Assembly: GCA_000320545.1 (NCBI GenBank)
Contig: ADNK01000008.1
Span: 1 to 64,000 of the forward strand
Source of the DNA: Bigelowiella natans CCMP2755
Lineage: Eukaryota; Protista; Cercozoa
Direction: 5' to 3'
Length of the DNA stretch: 64,000 bases
In this document: one piece after another, positions 13,176-26,352 of the stretch
How positions within the stretch are numbered: the first letter of the stretch is position 1
Layout: each line of letters starts with the position of its first letter
Notes under the pieces: generated by a model
Told to the model about the DNA's origin: nothing
Seen by the model: the letters and a program-made list of their open reading frames with translations, nothing else
The model's database searches: none
Made by a program: the position numbers and the translations under genes

Positions 13176-16100
13176 TTAGGTCGCCAAAGCAGGCTGTTCG
13201 GTGTTCTTATTCGAGGGCATTCGAAGAGCAATACTAGCTGCTGTTGCACCTGAAGAAGTGGAGGAATGAACGTAAGCTAAGAATAGAAGGCAAAAAGGCA
13301 CATATCTAACAATGCACTACGACGACTGCTCACGCACGACTAGGGTTAGAGAATAACAACAACAGCGATGAAGGGTGCAACATAGAGCAGTGCACTACCG
13401 AATAAAGCAACCGTCGCCGATGTCAAGGCACCCGACACGCCTATCTTCTGAATGCTCAAGAAGACGGCCACAACGATCAAGTTCTACACCGCAGTAGCAC
13501 CAGCACCAGCACCAGCAGCACACAACAGCACAGTAACGGTGGATGAAGACGATGATGATGATGGTAGAGTGTGATGTGATCGAATTTCTATTTGCTGTTG
13601 TGTTGTTGTTGTTGTTGTTGTTATTTGTTGTTGTTGATTGAGAAATTGGTAGCAGCTCCATCATGATCAGGACCATCGTTATTATCATCATCATGATCGC
13701 TGTTCTTTGCTATTGATGGCTCTCTGCTCACCAGAGGGATGCCGTAGATGTTCATCATTACAGACCGATGAGAATCGGGGACATACCTACACATTATACA
13801 GTAGAAGCTACTCAGGAGCTACTCTGTGGCTGTTGTGCTGATGTGGGGGAAGAAACAGGCCAGCCGGATTTCTTGCCAAGACATTTGGTGGGGGGGGAGG
13901 GGGCGTTTCTATCCTACTTTGATCGGAGAGTGCCGATGGATGGGAAGTACATCCCCACGCACACCTCGAAAACCAAGAACGCCTGGAAACAGATGCATCA
14001 ATTTTTGTAAAAGTACACACACATGTACATATATACTTTAAAGGTAGCATGCGCTCATCTGAGTTCGTTTGATATACCATGAAAAATGAGTATTGGTGAG
14101 ACCTACCGCTATCAGCGGCGCAAATGGCGACAGGGGCGATGCCACCGACATGGCCGCAGCCGCCATGGAAACGCTTGCCGCACCTTCAAACGCAGTTAGC
14201 GAATTTTCAATTGAATGAGATGGTGATAGTTGATGGTAGTGAGAAAGCTGGTTTTGTAGTCATTATTCCATATCACGAATGAGTCTGGTATGCTACAACT
14301 GCAGTACCCAGCATAAGGCTGGCAGATTTCTCCACGGGCACTTCTCTCTTGGCGAATGAACCGAACATCGATGCACCTACAAACAATAGAGAGAACAACA
14401 ATAACAAGACCGACACCGCAAGAAGGTAGAAGCCCAAGTCATGAGAGAATGGAAGGCTAAATCAATAGTCATGTTGCTGAAGGCTACTCCTAGCTGCTTG
14501 TTCTTTGCAGTATTAGTTCGGATTGCTATGATCAAGATCAACGTAGCAGATGACACTACTAATACTACCTATGAGGCAACTAGCCATGAGGCACGAGAAC
14601 ACCTAAGGGGAGAGGAAGAAATACAAAATAATGATGACCAAGAGGAGAATGATGATGATGATGATGATGATGATGACGATGACGGTGATGGTGATGATGG
14701 TGATGAAGATTGCGCACACCGCACACACACACACACACGACTCATCTAAGCTTGCTACCTTGCCATAAGGTACTGCTGCGCCTGCAAGGGCTGCTTTCAT
14801 AGCTGGAGGCCATTGCATAACAAAGATATACATCGCGCCCTCGAACAGTGCCTGGATCGCCCCAACGAGCAATATCCTTCGGTCATTTAGCATCATCTTC
14901 CAGGCTAACGATGGTAGCAAGTAATGAGCGGAGAAAGTTATCATGGTGTGATCAACACCAGCTCGATAAACTACGTACGAAGCCAGAAAGCAGCGAATAG
15001 GAATATGGGATGGTAGTAGTAGTAGTAGTAGTACTAGTAGTGGGAGGAGGAAGAGAAGGAGAAGGAGGAGGAGGAGGAGGAGCAGGAGGAGAGTGCGTGG
15101 AAGTACCCTCTTTAATTGAAGGCTTTGAAGCATTTGTAGACCCCTCCACCCTAGTGTCCGTAGCGACATTTTCACGCCATGTTGTCGCCTTGGAGAAGAA
15201 AGAAAGAAATCGGGTTGCAATGAAAGCAATAATGCACACGTTGCATCATTGTTATTATCATTTTTCGTATTATCATTATCGAGGTGTTCTGGTTATTCAT
15301 CATCATCATCAATCCACAAAGATGGGTGGGGAAAGCTTGGCCAATCAAAAACACAAACCCATAGACCAAGCATATTACACCGTGGCGATGTGCGGATAGT
15401 AGTGGTAGTAGTAGTAGTAGAAGTAGTAGTAGAAGTAGTAGTAGGAATACTACCGCAGCAACTGCTCCTGCTGCCAGAAATACGGTTGACAGCTCAAATG
15501 GGCCTGTGGGTCCTCTGCATGATGATTGTACGTATTATGTGTATTATCATTCATTCTGAGCAGCGTTGTGCAATGATAACGACGATTGCACGAGGAGAGC
15601 GTTATAGTACAACGATACTGGGAGCAGGGGCTATGGATGAGTCTCTCTCGCTCTCTCTCTCTCTCGCTCTCATTCTTTTAGGGTGTGAGTGAGCATCTTA
15701 TTACGACCGGTAGCTTGCAGCTATCCCTGCCAACTGCCCGGCAAGGATCGCGACAATGCTTTTATGGGAGGGGGGGAGAAATGGAGAACGAAGGAGAAAC
15801 ACAATTATTCTTGGCAATGAAGAATTATAACAACGAAGAAGCGTAAGACACAACACCATCCATCAGAGTAGTATTGCAAACACATTGAAGCGGCAATTCA
15901 AGATTGAAATGAGACAACGGGGCCTGATATGAAGCCTTTTGCCTCATCAACAAGATCGTCGGTGATATATCGGTGAATGAAAATGGGGACGAAATCAAGT
16001 GAGCTGCTGCTTTGTTATAATACCTATCTCCTGCAAATGCAAGACCAAAGGTCTGCCCCAGCGAGGATATAGGCAACTTCGACTTCTGATGATCCCCAAC

Positions 16101-16192
16101 CTGTGTATTGGTGTGTGTGTGTGTGTGTGTTCACGTGGACTGGGACCATCCGCAACACAGATGTTTGTGATTTTTGTTTTTTAATACGGGAA

Positions 16193-16231
<39 letters not shown>

Positions 16232-17065
16232 TGCTATCTATCTATCTTTCTGTCGTCATCGTGTGTTTGTTCGTTCGCACCAGCCACGCCTCAGGAGCGC
16301 AGAAGAGCAGCGATGTTCCTATCCCTCCGGCAAGGCGACCCGCTAGCAATATCGGAAAGCTCAGTGCTTTCGTCGATAAAGCTCCCAGCGTGTAGAACAA
16401 CGTGTAGGCCAGAGTCCCTGCCTAACAGATGGGAAAACAGTCACAGTTTGGGAGAGAGCGAAGACGGTGTCATAGAACGAAATCAATGGACAAGCAGAAA
16501 AGCCCAGAAAAACAAGTTAGGTGAAATCCTATGGGAACGCCAAAGCGTCTGGTCCCTCGAGCCTTGATTTTGGCCAATCATGCTATCGAAGGCGCATGTT
16601 TTCTAGCAACTCCTTCTATACCGTGCAAGATGGCACTTGTGGTGGCAGCAGTACTATTGTTCGCATTATTACTATCATCATCATTATTGGTAGAAAAGTC
16701 GTAAGAGGAGGAGGGCGATGAGGAGGATGAGAAGAAACAGTGGATGTTATCGATTTGCCGTGCCAACCTTTCGGCCATAGCTATCGACGAGGCGCCCAAT
16801 GCTCGGCCCAAGCAACCCAGTGGTTACGAATCCGGCCAAAAATAGCCGTGATACCGTATTGAGAGTCACTGGCACACCGTTCAGTATCTTACTTGCGTAG
16901 ACCTCGTAGAAATAGGGACCTTGAAGCCAGTCTGCCATCCGCAGCAGCCAGAATACCAAGAGGAACCGCCGTTGGAATTGTCGGATTCTGTGCTTTTCAT
17001 CGTTGTCATCAGTCGATGAAGGGTCTGAGTTAGCGCCTTGCCGCTGGCGGTCTCCAAACTAGACG

Positions 17066-17116
<51 letters not shown>

Positions 17117-17497
17117 AATTATGTGTAAACATGTTAGTTTGTCTAGGTGTCTTGTGTGTGTGTGTGTGTGTGTGTGTGTAATGCTTTACTTTAATAGCAA
17201 GAGCAGTAGCCGTGAGACCCCCAAATAGGGTGTTAAATAGGCGATCTGGTGTTGACATCAGAAGGCTCGACGTCAATTCCTGATAATAAAAAATAGGTCA
17301 ATTCTAAAAGTAAGATAACAAAATGAAGGCGGACACATCTCAAACAGAATCTACAGTTGAACTATCGAATATCTGCTTCGTGAATGCATGTGCTATATTT
17401 GTCTTGGTTCAGCTGTTACCGGCAAGGAGCGCGTCGACATATCACGTCGCCTCGGGATGAAAGGAGATTTGTGACTCGTGATCGATAAAGACGTCAT
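13176..17497 (-). CDS. MFSD5: MFS transporter of the DUF791/MFSD5/MOT2 (molybdate-anion transporter-like) family; may extend further 5'
   Basis: MADWLQGPYFYEVY, LFLAGF..G..IGRLVDSYGRK, LLVGAIQALFEGAMYIFVMQWPP, FLVFEVCVGMYFPSIGTLRSK|YVPDSHRSVMMNIYGIPL|NLIVV. Stop TAA at 13176-13178. An in-frame upstream exon (17497-17420) splices to 17279. Confidence 0.88.
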
Positions 17498-18342
17498 GCC
17501 TTTGTTCTCTTCTAATATACAACAACATTCCCAGTTAGAGAACTTGTCGGCGCAATAGATGAAATTTAAGTCGGACTGGTGGCAGCAGCTATATTCTCAG
17601 CATATCTGTTATGAGAGGAAGGAGTCCATCTACGGGACATCGGAGCCAGACTTTGCCTGCGATTTCGGAACATGAATAATGTATTTGGTTAGTTTTCCAT
17701 AGACTAGAAGATTGAACTATGTCACAAAACCTTCTTATAAGTATAAAAACAACTACATCAACACACCATTGCTTATGCCATCAAAATGAAATCTACGGTT
17801 GAATCATGAAGCTGAAACGAGATTTGGAAAAATGTCGAACCTGCCGTTGACCAAAGCGAGTTTAGAAGCGGTCCGTGATTGTATCAGAGACTGCCGCTGT
17901 GCGCCTACCTGGTAGGTGGCACATACAAAAACCAATAGCCCGTGCAGCACCATCTCTGCTGATGTAGTTTTCACAATTGCGGTGCTTTCCTAGTGCACTG
18001 AAATTTGGTTCGGGTAAACAAGGGTAGGGGACTTTTGAATTCCAGATCTATTTTCCGATTTATCTGAAGCTTGCAGTTGTATACTACAGGCTATTCCAGG
18101 AATATTTACCTTCTTTTCTCTTGCATCTATTCTAAATCCGCCTGTATCCATCTACCAGGAACCGTTGTTTCAAGTCCCATTGCGACAAACGGACCGAAGA
18201 TGGCTTCTCCAGAGACAACGAGGAAAGTCGCATGGCTGAAATCTGCTTGTGTTTCGAACATCATGGATTCCCCCGGGATTCCTTTAATTTCAACCAAAAC
18301 ACACCGAACATCAGTAATGTATCCAGGCGCCTATATTTTGGC

Positions 18343-18381
18343 TACTCGTACGACTCGTACGAGATCTAGATCTAGATCTAG
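18343..18381. repeat. Palindromic array (CTCGTACGA)x2 + (AGATCT)x3 in a divergent promoter region
   Basis: Read directly: ctcgtacgactcgtacgagatctagatctagatctag. Confidence 0.8.
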
Positions 18382-18761
18382 TATTTTTAAAAATGGCTCT
18401 CTCATCTGCACCAAAATTTGAATCATATCCTGATATCGTCCTGGATTTCTTGTAAACGACATCAAAAGCATTCATCTTTCAATTTTTTGTCCTTTTCTTT
18501 TTTAAATGTTCCATTAGGAAAACTACCAAGCTCTCCATGAAGCATTAAATTACAGAATTAGAGGACGGAACAAAAGAAAGACAATGAGATTGAGTACAAA
18601 GAATTCGAAATGGATGTGAAGATGATTTATTTTCAAAATTTTAAATTTTTAAAAATTCGAATCCTTACAGTTCAAACACCTCTGCTCCTCTTGCCTCCCC
18701 AACCCAAACACTGGAGCAACCCAGAAACTAATCGACCTCTCAATGCCGATCTGCGAAATAG

Positions 18762-20769
18762 ATGCTGCGCAACCACCAAGAGTATACGCTGGCGCACGTG
18801 CACGTAAGCGTCTGCGTTGACCAGCAGACCAAGGCCAAATTGCCCCAGCCGAAGACAAAGCGAGCAACTTTCTGCAACTCATGCTTTCTGTACTGCTCAC
18901 AGAAACATACATGCCCTCATTGTGCTCAAATTTATCGTCAAGGCGATAGAGACGGTTTTGATGGGGAAAAGTGGCTATCTTGCTCAAAATGCCTCCGCTT
19001 CGTACACGTAAACTGTGACAAAGCTGTAAACGGTCACGACTTGGCAGAACGGGAACACAGTATCATCAAATCCAAGACATCTGGGGAAACCATCTCATCC
19101 TATCTATGCCTTGACTGCACAGCCCACAAAGAGCAGAAGATGAACGTAGAAGAAGACCATACGAATGAGAACAAAGATTTCTTCACTTTCTCTTCGTTGA
19201 TGCTTCAGGCTGCTGCAAGGCAAGAGGAGGCTCAGTGTGATGCCGCCGTGAATCTTGCAAGTCTTTCTCAGAAGCAGAAAATTGTTGATAAGAAGAAGCA
19301 GCAACCTGCGTCAAGTTCAATCTCTCCACGCAAATGTGCACCGCAGCATCAGGTGAAGCTTCAAGAGGCCGTTAACGTCAACAAGCAAACAAAAGATCAC
19401 ACGTTGAAGTCAAAACAGCCGGTCTCCGTGAAACTCGCTCCCCTTACCGTTGGCCTTTCCATACGTTCTACCTCGCGTTCTCATGATTGTGGAGGTAACG
19501 GCGCAACACAAAATGGCACATCTGGGACCTCCGCGAAGGAGTCACGCTGGGTGCGTTGCAGTCTCCCCAGCTGTAGGAAGTGGCGAAGACTAGGGAATAA
19601 GACTCCGCTTGATAAGTTATCCTACCCTTGGCAGTGCAAATACAACCGTTGGGACCCTCAATACTCTAGTTGCAGTTCTGCAGAGGAGGCACTTCTGTAC
19701 GATGAGACTGTTCTTTTAACGCACGAGAACACCCAGCAGTATGCCGCAGAGAAAAAGCGATTCTATGCTTCGTTGTCCTCGTTCAATCGCCAGATTGGTC
19801 GTCACATCTCTCGAAATCCTACTCTTGGCGGCAAGGACTTAGACCTGTATCGGCTGTATAAGGAAGTATCTGTACGCGGTGGATTCGAGCGCGTGGTCGC
19901 CGTAGAGGGCACCTGGGCGCGTATCTTTCGCACCTTAGACAACTTCTCGTCGACAGTCACCGATGCCAGGTACGCAACCTTCAACGTTAACGAATGAAAA
20001 GCATTCGCGATGATTTTATGCAGTTATATTGAGCATCTCTCTTTGCTGCTTTGGAATTGTCTTGTTTTTAGCTATCGTCTTCGGAGGTACTACCAGGAAT
20101 TTCTGTTTGCCTACGAGCAACACTACTTCTTTGGCAAAGAGATCCCCGAAATCCTGAGCAGCATAGTTCTCCCACCCATGCGAAGGCGGATGCGGAGAGG
20201 TTACGCCAAAAATACTCCAGGTATAAAACGATTCCACTCAAATGAGCTTTCTCTCCTAACGTGATTTTTTGTGCTTTACTACAGCGATGAAGCGTAGTAG
20301 AGTTTCTAAAGACTTCACAGGGATAACAGCTAGCAGAGCACAGACCCCAATTAAGGGTCTGAACGCTGCTGCTGCTGCTGCAGCTGCGGCTGCGGCTACT
20401 GTTGTTCCAGACGCCGCCGCAGTCAAAGGGACTCCACCGAAGAAGCTGAAGCAACAAATGAAGCAGTCAATTTCAGGAGTATTTGGACGATGCCCCAAAT
20501 TCCCACGACAAAGGAAGCGACCGCGTGCCTTTGTTAATAGTTCAGTGAAGCTGGTAGATAACAGAGAGTACAAGCTGTACCATAGTAAGAGGAAGATACG
20601 CCGTACACCTTCACCAATAAGCGATTTCGAGGAATATAGAAACGGTAGCGGATCTCCCACACACTGCTCGACTCAAAATGAAAATTCTTCGTTACCTTCA
20701 TCTTTATGGGAGAGATTCGCAGCATCTGGTGAGCCAATTAGCCCGTCCACCGCATCGCCGCTTAATTAG
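18762..20769 (+). CDS. Chromatin protein with PHD finger, CW zinc finger and ARID domain; true start probably ~18400-18700
   Basis: CPHC..KWLSCSKCLRFVHVNC..YLCLDC (PHD); WVRCSLPSCRKWRRL..WQCKYNRWD..SCSSAEE (zf-CW); PTLGGKDLDLYRLYKEVSVRGGF..W..TDA|SYRLRRYYQEFLFAYE (ARID). Introns at ~19970-20071 and ~20221-20284. Confidence 0.87.
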
Positions 20770-21370
20770 ATTTCCCACCCACTTCATTCCTTGGTCTTGA
20801 TTTCAGCATACATACATATATTGTCTGTTATTATCAATTTGTCACAAGCTCAACCGTTATCATATCATGAAGATGCGCGTGTCTGAGCGCATACAGCTAG
20901 AGCGCGCAATGCGACCATTGAATCTGCATTATTAAGTGTGTCTATTGATCTAGAGGTGTACGTTCGTATGCAAACGAGTAGGCCACGTTGTCATTACTTG
21001 ACACGTGCTTGATATGATTCATGGCTACGCTGCAACAACGATAATGCAATAACGATGCAGGCTCGCACCACATCGCAATGCGTACGCATGCATGACATCT
21101 CGCATGCGTATAGCGACATGCTTGCTAATAATATTGCAGGTATATATATAATGTCTATTTGTTTTGCTTATAGCGCATTTTAATTGATCCTGCAAACATC
21201 GTAATGCGGCCAATGATTTCTACTAATGTGGTTACACTAAAAAAAGTTTCATGCGCATCTTCTATCATTTTTCAATTTGAATTCTCTGCTTTCGTAACTT
21301 AAGTCTGATCTTTACTCTCCCCTCCATTTGTTTCAGGAGCTACTTCCTTGCTTTCATTCCTTAGTTTACC

Positions 21371-21407
<37 letters not shown>

Positions 21408-21457
21408 TTCGCCTCAGTAATCAATTAACATATATCATGCGAACAGAACTTTATCTT

Positions 21458-24175
21458 CTACTTAAGACCTAAAAACTTTTCGCAGTATGAGATAGCGACG
21501 TCCAACTGACAACCCGATTTCACTTTCCCTTCCTTGTCTATTTATTGAAATGAGTACCGTGGGGGCTCTGTTCAGGACTCAAACACAAAATTCACCATCA
21601 CCTTTTGCTAATTCGAGGTTAAACATCTCACTCAGCGATCCACTGAATAAAAATACAGTGATTTCAAGAACCAACAATAATTTGTGAATCTGTCTATCGA
21701 GCTGAACGGGATGTACCATTCTTGGAATTTGCTGAGAGATAATCTTGCCTGGCCTAAGGTCCTGCCCATGATAGCCCCGGCGGTTCCCAATTCGAATATC
21801 AAAGCTCCGCTCTGGTCGTACGTAGTAACGGCTTTAGGTAACACCACTCTAAGAAGGCGGAAGTAGTGGAATCTTCTATCTTCGCTATCACCTTGAGTGA
21901 GGCATTTTTGAATCGAAAAGTTTCAAACCAAGTACATTTGCTTGCACTGGCTGCGGACGTTCGTTGGGTCTCCGTTTGTGTCCCATTAGAAGCCAAATGC
22001 ACCTATTTTAAAAGAAAACAACGAGTCTTGAAATTGCTCATCTAACCATGGAAGCTCTATCAACCTTGACAAAGTAGCCTCTTCCGTGCGCATTTGCATG
22101 AGATTTCATCAGCTGTTATAGTTTGCGTGATCATTGTAAGCACATGTCATCTTCGTATAAAACCCTCCAAACGTTACGACGAGTCAGTATTGACTTACCG
22201 CTCCTTGGACTTCGACGTTGAGAGGCACCTCATCAAGAGCGAAAAGCTAGTAGGAGAACATACACGTCATTATAATGATATCATAAGGTGTGTCATCCTC
22301 ACTATTCTGGCTCTTGCCTTGGCTACAATGTGGAGCAAGAACAAGATGTCTCACTGCCGTCGCCGCTTCTTATACGCTATGTCATTCTCAGATGTTAACA
22401 ACCTTGGATACTGCAGCCATTCGTGTACACTTGTCCTTTCAAACCGGAGTATTGCCAGTGAGATAGCAGCAAACATATGCGTTATTATTGTGAAAATAAT
22501 ACCCATGCGACGTCTCTTTTAAAGCGCACGAAGGTGTCACTCTCGACCATGAATTGAACCTCTTTTTTACCTAACAATAGATGGGGAGCAGCACGCGCAG
22601 CATTAATGTATGACGATGAGATCTTCTTCTATCGAGACATTCTGCTATTATTCTGCTACGAATACATTTTTCCAAGCTCGAGAGCATCTCCTCCATGCTT
22701 CCCCCATTCAGGATACTAAAGTTTGAATATGAGAAAATCAGCGGGGGGGGGCGCTTTAAGTGGTATTCATTCATTCAACTGGAATCGTCGTTACCTATTT
22801 TGCGCTGCCTTGACGGCACTAGAACTTAGGTTCACGGGCCTCTCTCCCTAAGATAATACTTGCATGTCACGCATCGAAGAGTGAGCAAGCGTCACAAATT
22901 CAGGCGCTATCACACCATGGTGTCGATGTATCTGTTGTATATTGATCGAGCTTCGAGCATCATTTCCTGATTCGATTTACAGCACAATCACAGCACAACT
23001 GAATAATCGACACAGTACTGACGAACGGGATATCATAGTTTGTTACTCGTATTTTTTGCATCGATCTCTCGTGAAATGCATGTGCCTCCTCCAAGAATCT
23101 GAAACCAGACAAGCTTTCATTCAACAATGGTCTCAGAAGTTTTGAGATCTGTGTCTGCTGACCTTACGTTCTCGTCGCTGCGCTCAGATAGAGAGAATTT
23201 TTTAAAATACTTCAAGCCTACTTTCGTACCGATGACATCTCCAAGTGTACTCTTTGCATCGAGGCTAACCCCTAAGCCTTCCATGCCTTCGTGATGATTT
23301 AGCGAATAAACTTCATTCATATAAAAAAATTAAATATGGCTTTGTACTTTGAGATGTTTTGAGACGGGGTCCATTGACACTCGACCTGCTTCTGTAAATT
23401 ATAATGATAGTTACATAATCACACACTGTACATCTAACAAATTGGGAAGGTACTTCTTGAGTTCGGAGATGTCTTGCCGTGACATACGTCTTGATATTCC
23501 AACCAGTGTTGCGGCTTTAATATTTGACTAATAAAGTTCAGAGATTGTTGAATGTTGTTTGATTCTTTTCAGTTAACGGTATCTTACCCTCCCAAACAAC
23601 ATCTGAGCTGCTTTCCCCCTGATATCCTTCTGGAGGGGTATGTAAAGCTCTATTTCAGTGGAGGTGAATAAAATTAAACAAAAAACTTCGCGGACCAAGT
23701 TTTTTTCTGTATTCGTTTGCGCAGATCGGTCCTGCTCAAGTTCCTTAGAAGTTGAAAAATTATTTAAGGAAGCTTTCTTTCATAAAGAGATTTATATTAC
23801 CTGGATGGCAAGGTCGATCTCATGCGCATTGGCTCCTGTCATTGACTGTATCTACGTTTCATGTTTGCAAAAAGGTAATTGCGTAACATTGTTGCTGTCA
23901 GGCTATTAGAATACCACTTTTTATCAAAAATACCTTTGAGCTAGACCTCCGTCTCTTCTGCTGTGTAAAAAGTGGAACTTAGGAATTATCTATAGAAGGT
24001 TCTGAATGCGTACGTTTAGCAAGGATGACGCATCGCTGTCGATTGAAATCATCGATGATGAAAGATCCTGCAGAAAGGTGAAATGTCAGAAATCGTTTCA
24101 GTAGGCGATGCCAAAGGTTGCTACCGACGCCCTCCCGGACGAAAGGCTGCTTCTGCTCTCGCTGTGCCTATCCAT
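21458..24175 (-). CDS. Protein with an RGS-like domain and a C-terminal C2 domain (many short introns)
   Basis: Spliced exons read GFRFLEEAHAF..EARSIYNRYIDTM|GERPVNLSSSAVK..|VQFMVESDTFVRFK (RGS helix pattern), then QRTSAASASKCTWFETFRF|..LIFELGT..TLGQARLSL..CQLDVAISY (C2 pattern). Stop TAG at 21458-21460. Some internal junctions are unresolved. Confidence 0.75.
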
Positions 24176-25177
24176 GTATGTGCCCCCTCCCCTTATATGT
24201 ATCGATCAGGACAATGTCGTTTAGAAAAGTCGACGTAATTTTGAGTTCAAAATATATGTGTATATCTACCTGCGACATACGTAGATCGGGTGAAAATTGA
24301 GAAATGCCGATTGCCCTCAGCTGGGCATCATTAATGTAAGGTGACAATAGCCGTAATTATGGAGTTACGACATCCAAATAGTGTTGTCACAGACAAAAAA
24401 CTAGCACTTTTGAATCTCGGATCATAATCCTAATGTGATACCTTTCTCTTATATGATCGGGAATATCCATGCCGTTTGTAACCTACGACATCCGGTTATA
24501 GGTTGGTCGCATGTGGGGAATCCTTCCCATTTGGAAATTACGACAACAGAGTCTCCCCCTCCATGGCTGCAGTAGGACCGACGATGATGATCGGGGGAGG
24601 TGACTGAAATTGCGTTGTGAGAGTCTGGCGAGGGGAAATGCCGATTCCCCGCAATCATTCTACCCAGTTTAGAAGAGAAACTCGAGTTTTGGTGGTGGTA
24701 GCTGTGATCTGTACGTGCTGCACTTCTCTGGGAAGGAACAAAGCAAACGTGGAGGGGAGCGTCCAGGTATTAAAAGCCGCCATCTTGAATATTTGTGTAG
24801 GATTCTGCGCTCATTTTGATCGTCAGGCGTCTGTGCAACCCATCTCTACCACTATTTTCACTATTTCTCTTCTTCTCCATTCCCTCTCTTCCGTCGGAAG
24901 TTGCATGTTCTGCACGACTGAATTAAAGCATGATCATAATGGTCTTACACATTTAGGGATTCTACGCAAAGTTTGAGGGGTGGAAGGTGGAGAGCGACAG
25001 GCTTACGCGACAGGTGAGGGATTATAGAATCGACAGGGCTGATGATGAAAATTTGACAGAAGTAACAATATATTGCAGTGTGAATATTGGGCTGGAAGAC
25101 ACAAAGCCACGCTTCGCAACTTGAGGGTTTGAATAAATCATTCACACGGAAATATGTCCGATAAATAAGTTGAAAAT

Positions 25178-25213
<36 letters not shown>

Positions 25214-25732
25214 TTAAATACATATGTGCATATGTGGTGCAATTCTATGATCTAATAGAAATCAATGCAAGCTGCGGAGCCATATTTCAAGGGTGCAGAA
25301 ATAGATATAACTGGGAAATTTAAGGTTTCTTAATCCTTTACCTTTCATGATCCAATTCCTAATAGTAAGGCAACCATGTTCATTTCTCGGGAGCACATAT
25401 ACGACCACATGTACCGTTAGGATCCATATGTAAGCACGCTTGACGTAGAATTGTCACGGCTTTACGACGAATATATGAAGGTATAACAAACACTGAAGAT
25501 TACAACTCTTGTAGGGTTCATTATGCATGTAATTGCAGGCAAAAGATGATTGGCACGCCGCAAACAAGGCATGGGTCCTTCATGAGGCCAGGGTACAGCA
25601 TACTGCCTCAGAACAAAAGAACTCGTTATTTCGTTCGTTTTTGTGACATTTTACATAAATCAACTTCATCAGATGCCGGTTAGGAAAAAGCTTCCCTGGC
25701 CAAGGCCTTATCAGAAGGCAATGTTTGACTAG
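24108..25732 (+). CDS. Hypothetical protein (~150-190 aa) with a hydrophobic N-terminus; start is either 24108 or 24563
   Basis: A chain of GT-AG exons in consistent phase gives (MPKVATDALPDERLLLLSLCLSM|LVACGESF..)MAAVGPTMMIGG|AVICTCC..|GFYAKFEGWKVESDRLTRQ|CEYWAGRHK..|KSMQAAEPYFKG..|DPYVSTLDVELSRLYDEYMK|AKDDWH..|MPVRKKLPWPRPYQKAMFD*. I recognise no family. Confidence 0.55.
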
Positions 25733-26352
25733 CAATAATCAATGGGAATCAAGTTTTCGCAATAACTGTTCGTTGATTTAGTCGCGCTGCTAAATAGCTC
25801 AACAGCTAATGTGATCCAGGCGTTATTATTAGCACAGCTGGGAATTATTTGAGTTAATTCTTCATTATGCCAATGACGACGACGCATGTCGACCGATATA
25901 TAAGCATCTATGCAGATGTATACATCTACCACATTGTACAATAATTTTTGTCTTCTTTAATAATGCATTGGCTGTATGTTGCCTTGACGCCTTTACACAG
26001 CAGCTGAATAGATATCCTTGCTGCATGCAGTCATTCAGTTCTCATGAAACCAGAAATGCTCGCAATATTTTTTAAAATTTGCCAGTGCGCATGCATATGT
26101 GTACGTTGTTTTGCTCCACAGTATATGTATGTGTTCATCTCTATAATGAAGACTCAGCAGCTGCGGTGCACGGTATGTATCGTATACAACCCCCCACACC
26201 CTGCTGCTAGATGCACACAGCTAGAAATGTATTCGCATACAATCATCGAATATCTAGTATGTTCTGGAATCATGATAATCTAAATAAATGGCGCTTTAAG
26301 CGCTGAATCAGCGTTGTTGTGCTTGGTGCTATAGCCTCTGCGATGGTAATAT

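Noticed and set aside
18760-18890. GATA zinc finger (CCATTKSIRWR + FCNSC)
   Set aside because: The first half lacks CxxC and is in a different frame with no GT-AG intron of suitable length; the FCNSC is better read as an MLL-like pre-PHD knuckle.
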